Origin: a virus
Taxonomy: Duplodnaviria; Caudoviricetes
Virus record (IMG/VR): IMGVR_UViG_3300005805_000323
Span: 1-29,963 of that record
DNA length: 29,963 bases
Reading direction: 5' to 3' (one strand)
In this document: in pieces, positions 26,806-29,963 of the stretch
Position numbering within the stretch: the first letter of the stretch is position 1
Layout of the letters: every line of letters starts with the position of its first letter
Position numbers and translations under genes: made by a program
The notes under the pieces: model-generated
Database searches by the model: none
What the model was told of the DNA's origin: nothing
What the model saw: only the letters and a program-made list of their open reading frames with translations

Positions 26806-27531
26806 TTACAAGCCTATGTTTTTGTGTTTAGATGGGATAGTGTGATGCCAAAAAATAATTGGTTGATTAGTTTCGTTTGGACGGTATCCGTTAACAAAGT
26901 TCCACCTCGCATCGTCTTTAAAAACTTGAACATTAACAGGTAGTTTATCAACTTCAAGCAACTTCCAAAATGTGAATTGATCCCATTGTCCGAACGACTT
27001 ACGGATTTCACTTTCTGGATAAGGCCATGGCTCTCGTCTTTGTTTGTAGTAATCCTGCCACCATCTTTCCACAAACTCTATTGTTTGCGGATTGTTTCTA
27101 TACATGAAGAATCCACCATGGTAGACCATACGCCCTTTTGGTATAGTGTCTCCACCTGGCCACCTATCTTCTTTACCGTTGTAGGGTCTAATTTTTGTAA
27201 TCAAAATATCACAATCATCAGGAATTTGATCCCATATTGTTGATACATCCTCATGCATACACTCCATGTCAGCATCAACATACGCAGTGAGGTTTGTGTA
27301 GGGTGTTCTACTCAGAGCATATAACTTGGTTCTCACGTGGTTAGGAACGTCTTCATATATAACGATATCAAACGCTATACGATCAGCAAATTTTTCTAGA
27401 TCCGGCGTTGTAAAGAGTGTGACATGAGCTTCGGGGTAGTTATCTTTTATTGTGTTAGCAAGATAATTTGCCGAGTCAAGATACTCTTTTTGTTGTGAGG
27501 CAACAATCAAAAAACCATTACGAACTGTCAT
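26806..27531 (-). CDS. nucleotide-diphospho-sugar transferase-like protein (GT-A fold)
   Basis: RTKLYALSRTPY, YVDAD (DxD), HGGFFMY, WDQ, WN and IIFWH. Confidence 0.75.
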   Translation of the reverse strand: MTVRNGFLIVASQQKEYLDSANYLANTIKDNYPEAHVTLFTTPDLEKFADRIAFDIVIYEDVPNHVRTKLYALSRTPYTNLTAYVDADMECMHEDVSTIWDQIPDDCDILITKIRPYNGKEDRWPGGDTIPKGRMVYHGGFFMYRNNPQTIEFVERWWQDYYKQRREPWPYPESEIRKSFGQWDQFTFWKLLEVDKLPVNVQVFKDDARWNFVNGYRPNETNQPIIFWHHTIPSKHKNIGL

Positions 27532-27533
27532 TG

Positions 27534-27992
27534 TTATTCCGCTTCTGTCGTTTGTACTTGAGATAATTCCTCTCCCTGCTGCTGTGCTTCATTGAGCATC
27601 AATGCTGCAGCCCAAGCAAGAGCTTCCACATCACTTTTCGATTTACGAATACGCGACTTCAAAGATCTATTCGTTGAATTTTTTATAGACTCAATCTCAA
27701 AAATCTTTAACTTTGCTGCAAACAATTCTTCCTGAAGCTTACGCTGAGCCTTTGCTTCTTCTTCTTGTTTTTTTCTTTCACGCTCTGCATTTATTTGCAA
27801 AATCTTTTTACGTGTGTTTGCTTCCAACTCTTCATTGGTAAACTTCTGTTTAATCTCAACAAGATCCGGATTTGTTTGTTCACTTTCAGAAATTGATGCT
27901 GCCACGACACGGCCATCACTATAGTGAAACTCTGCTGATATCACTGTTCTTGCATTATTGACCCAGTGTGGATTTACAATTGTACGCTTCAT
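27534..27992 (-). CDS. hypothetical protein, possible fibre assembly chaperone
   Basis: Begins 1 nt after the repeat protein's stop. NPHWVNNARTVISAEF resembles the N-terminus of tail-fibre assembly proteins; helical C-terminal half. Confidence 0.5.
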   Translation of the reverse strand: MKRTIVNPHWVNNARTVISAEFHYSDGRVVAASISESEQTNPDLVEIKQKFTNEELEANTRKKILQINAERERKKQEEEAKAQRKLQEELFAAKLKIFEIESIKNSTNRSLKSRIRKSKSDVEALAWAAALMLNEAQQQGEELSQVQTTEAE

Positions 27993-27993
27993 T

Positions 27994-29963
27994 TTATGCT
28001 ACCCTTACCCATAGTTTTGTTGTTTGTATTGTCTCCGGAGTAGACGTAATAGTCAACCCCGACCAAGCTCCTATATATTGTCCAGGTGTATTTGTATATA
28101 GCCCTGAGAATATAGAAGAATATGTACCTGTACCTGTGAAAGCTTTTGTGTAACCGCCAGAGAATCCTAATATAGACGTTCCTGTGTATACACTTGAGTA
28201 CTGTCCGGTGAATGAGGTGCTGTAACTGGTTACAAAAGTGGAGAAGCTTGTTGTGAATGTTTGACCATAAGTGGCAACGTATACTCCTGAAAAAGTTCCT
28301 GTATATACTGGTACAGAGTTATAATCCCCTGTAAAAGATCCAGTAAAAGTTCTCGAATACACACCTGTATACACACCTGTAAAGGATCCTGTAAATTGTT
28401 GTGTGTATTGCCCAGTAAAGACACTAGAGTATTGACCTGTAAATTGACCAGTGAAAGCCCCTGTATAAACACCCGTAAATGCTGAGGTAAATGCTTGGTT
28501 AAACAAACCAGTAAAATTACCCTGATAATTACCTATAAAATTACCTGTATATTGACCAGTAAACGATCCTGTATACGCTCCTGTATATGCTCCAGTAAAG
28601 AAGCCTGTATAGGCTCCCGTGTAGCTTCCAGAGAACGTTCCTGTATATCCACCTGTGTAGCTACCTGTAAAAAATTGGATATATGCTCCAGCAAACGTTC
28701 CTGTAAATATTTGATTATATACACCTGAATACAAACCAGTGAATACTTGATTATACGTACCAGCATATGCTCCTAAATATGCACCCGCGTATATACCTGT
28801 GTATCCACCAGCAAAAATTCCTGTAAATATTTGGTTATAGGCACCAGAATACAATCCAGTGAATGTTTGATTATAGTTGCCCACATACGCCCCCGCATAT
28901 GCTCCTGCGTATATACCTGTGTAACCGCCGGAATACAATCCAGTAAATGTTCGGTTATAGGCACCTGAATATAATCCTGAGAAATTACCTTGGTAGTTTC
29001 CGCCATATGTCCCCGCATAGGCTCCTGCAAAAAATCCTATGTAGTTGCCTGAATACGTTCCTGTGAAAAACCGACTGTAGGTACCGGAATAGTTTCCTGT
29101 ATAAAAACCCACATAACTACCAGAATATAAACCTGTAAAGAACCTACTGAATGTACTCGCATAAGCCCCTGTAAAAAATCCTACGTAGCTACCAGCGTAA
29201 GTACCACTGAATATTCTTGAATACGCGGGCGCTCCATAGCTACCAGCATACGCTCCTAGGTATGCCCCGCTAAAAAATTGACCCGTATACGGATTAGCAT
29301 AGCTACCTACGTAAGAACCTGTGTACGAACCTGTAAAAGAAGCATTAAAAGTTCTCGAGAAAGTACTTGAAAAACTACGTTGGTAGTTACCCGCGTAACT
29401 CACTCCGTTGAAAGGATTCACATAATTCCCAGTAAAAAAACGTGAGAAAAAGCCTGCAAAAAAGTTTACAAACGGTCCGGGAGTAAACACTTGATTGTAG
29501 TTACCAACAAAAGATCCTGTAAAAGTACTTGCGTATGAACCTATATAAACTGCTGTAAATCCTCGTGTATAGTTACCTGAATATAATCCCGTATACGTGC
29601 CTGCATATGCTCCAGCATATATTCCTGTAAAGTTGCCTAGATAGTTCCCTGCATATAATCCTGTATATGCCCCAGCATATATGCCTGTATAAGATCCTGT
29701 ATAAGATCCTGAAAATATTCTACTGTAAGTACCCGCATATGTACCAGTAAAGAATCCTACATACCCACCAGCATAAGTACCAGTGTAAGTACCAGCATAA
29801 ACACCAGTGTACGACCCAGTATAAGATCCTGAAAATATTCTACTGTAAGTACCCGCATATGTACCAGTAAAGAATCCTACATACCCACCAGCAAATGTTC
29901 CTGTATATGTTCCAGCATAAGCGCCTGTATAGGATCCTGTATATGAACCAGTAAAAGCTCTTG
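27994..29963 (-). CDS. Gly/Tyr/Phe/Thr tetrapeptide-repeat protein (5' end outside the window, at least 656 aa), probable virion fibre
   Basis: The frame stays open beyond the track's GTG at 29490 to the window edge; repeats YTGA/FTGx/YSGx; C-terminus KLWVRVA. Confidence 0.8.
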   Translation of the reverse strand, partial: RAFTGSYTGSYTGAYAGTYTGTFAGGYVGFFTGTYAGTYSRIFSGSYTGSYTGVYAGTYTGTYAGGYVGFFTGTYAGTYSRIFSGSYTGSYTGIYAGAYTGLYAGNYLGNFTGIYAGAYAGTYTGLYSGNYTRGFTAVYIGSYASTFTGSFVGNYNQVFTPGPFVNFFAGFFSRFFTGNYVNPFNGVSYAGNYQRSFSSTFSRTFNASFTGSYTGSYVGSYANPYTGQFFSGAYLGAYAGSYGAPAYSRIFSGTYAGSYVGFFTGAYASTFSRFFTGLYSGSYVGFYTGNYSGTYSRFFTGTYSGNYIGFFAGAYAGTYGGNYQGNFSGLYSGAYNRTFTGLYSGGYTGIYAGAYAGAYVGNYNQTFTGLYSGAYNQIFTGIFAGGYTGIYAGAYLGAYAGTYNQVFTGLYSGVYNQIFTGTFAGAYIQFFTGSYTGGYTGTFSGSYTGAYTGFFTGAYTGAYTGSFTGQYTGNFIGNYQGNFTGLFNQAFTSAFTGVYTGAFTGQFTGQYSSVFTGQYTQQFTGSFTGVYTGVYSRTFTGSFTGDYNSVPVYTGTFSGVYVATYGQTFTTSFSTFVTSYSTSFTGQYSSVYTGTSILGFSGGYTKAFTGTGTYSSIFSGLYTNTPGQYIGAWSGLTITSTPETIQTTKLWVRVA
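29699..29893. repeat. exact 75-bp direct repeat at 120-bp spacing
   Basis: 29699-29773 is identical to 29819-29893 (gtataagatcctgaaaatattc...atacccaccagca). Confidence 0.95.

Noticed and set aside
29488-29490. Track start codon (GTG) of the repeat protein
   Set aside because: The frame and the repeat pattern continue without a stop to the window edge.
27994-29963. Repeats as a CRISPR array or non-coding satellite
   Set aside because: No constant repeat with unique spacers; variation is mostly synonymous within one open frame.
27994-29963. Ice-nucleation protein or collagen-like call for the repeat protein
   Set aside because: It lacks the AGYGST 8/16-residue unit and the G-x-y triplet period; the period is four.

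Overview
The window is a 30-kb slice of a T4-like myovirus genome (about 40% GC by eye), read almost entirely on the minus strand. In transcription order (right to left) it holds: a large Gly/aromatic tetrapeptide-repeat protein that runs off the right edge; a possible fibre chaperone; a cassette of modification enzymes (two GT-A-like glycosyltransferases, a cupin/2OG-oxygenase-like protein, a SAM methyltransferase); a fibre module in the usual gp12/wac position; the neck-tail-packaging-head block (gp13-14-15-16-17-18-19-20-core-21-22-23); gp3, uvsY, uvsW, gp55, gp47 and gp46; a peptide deformylase homologue; and a UDP-glucose dehydrogenase-like gene that the ORF track missed. T4 late promoters (TATAAATA and variants) and two hairpins are visible. 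Three things stand out: (1) probable surface virion proteins are rich in N-x-S/T sequons and lie next to glycosyltransferases, suggesting phage-encoded virion glycosylation; (2) the deformylase has lost two metal ligands and its catalytic Glu; (3) the protein of at least 656 aa built on [YF]-x-G-x repeats with a 40-aa super-period. All calls come from reading motifs and gene order; no database searches were run.
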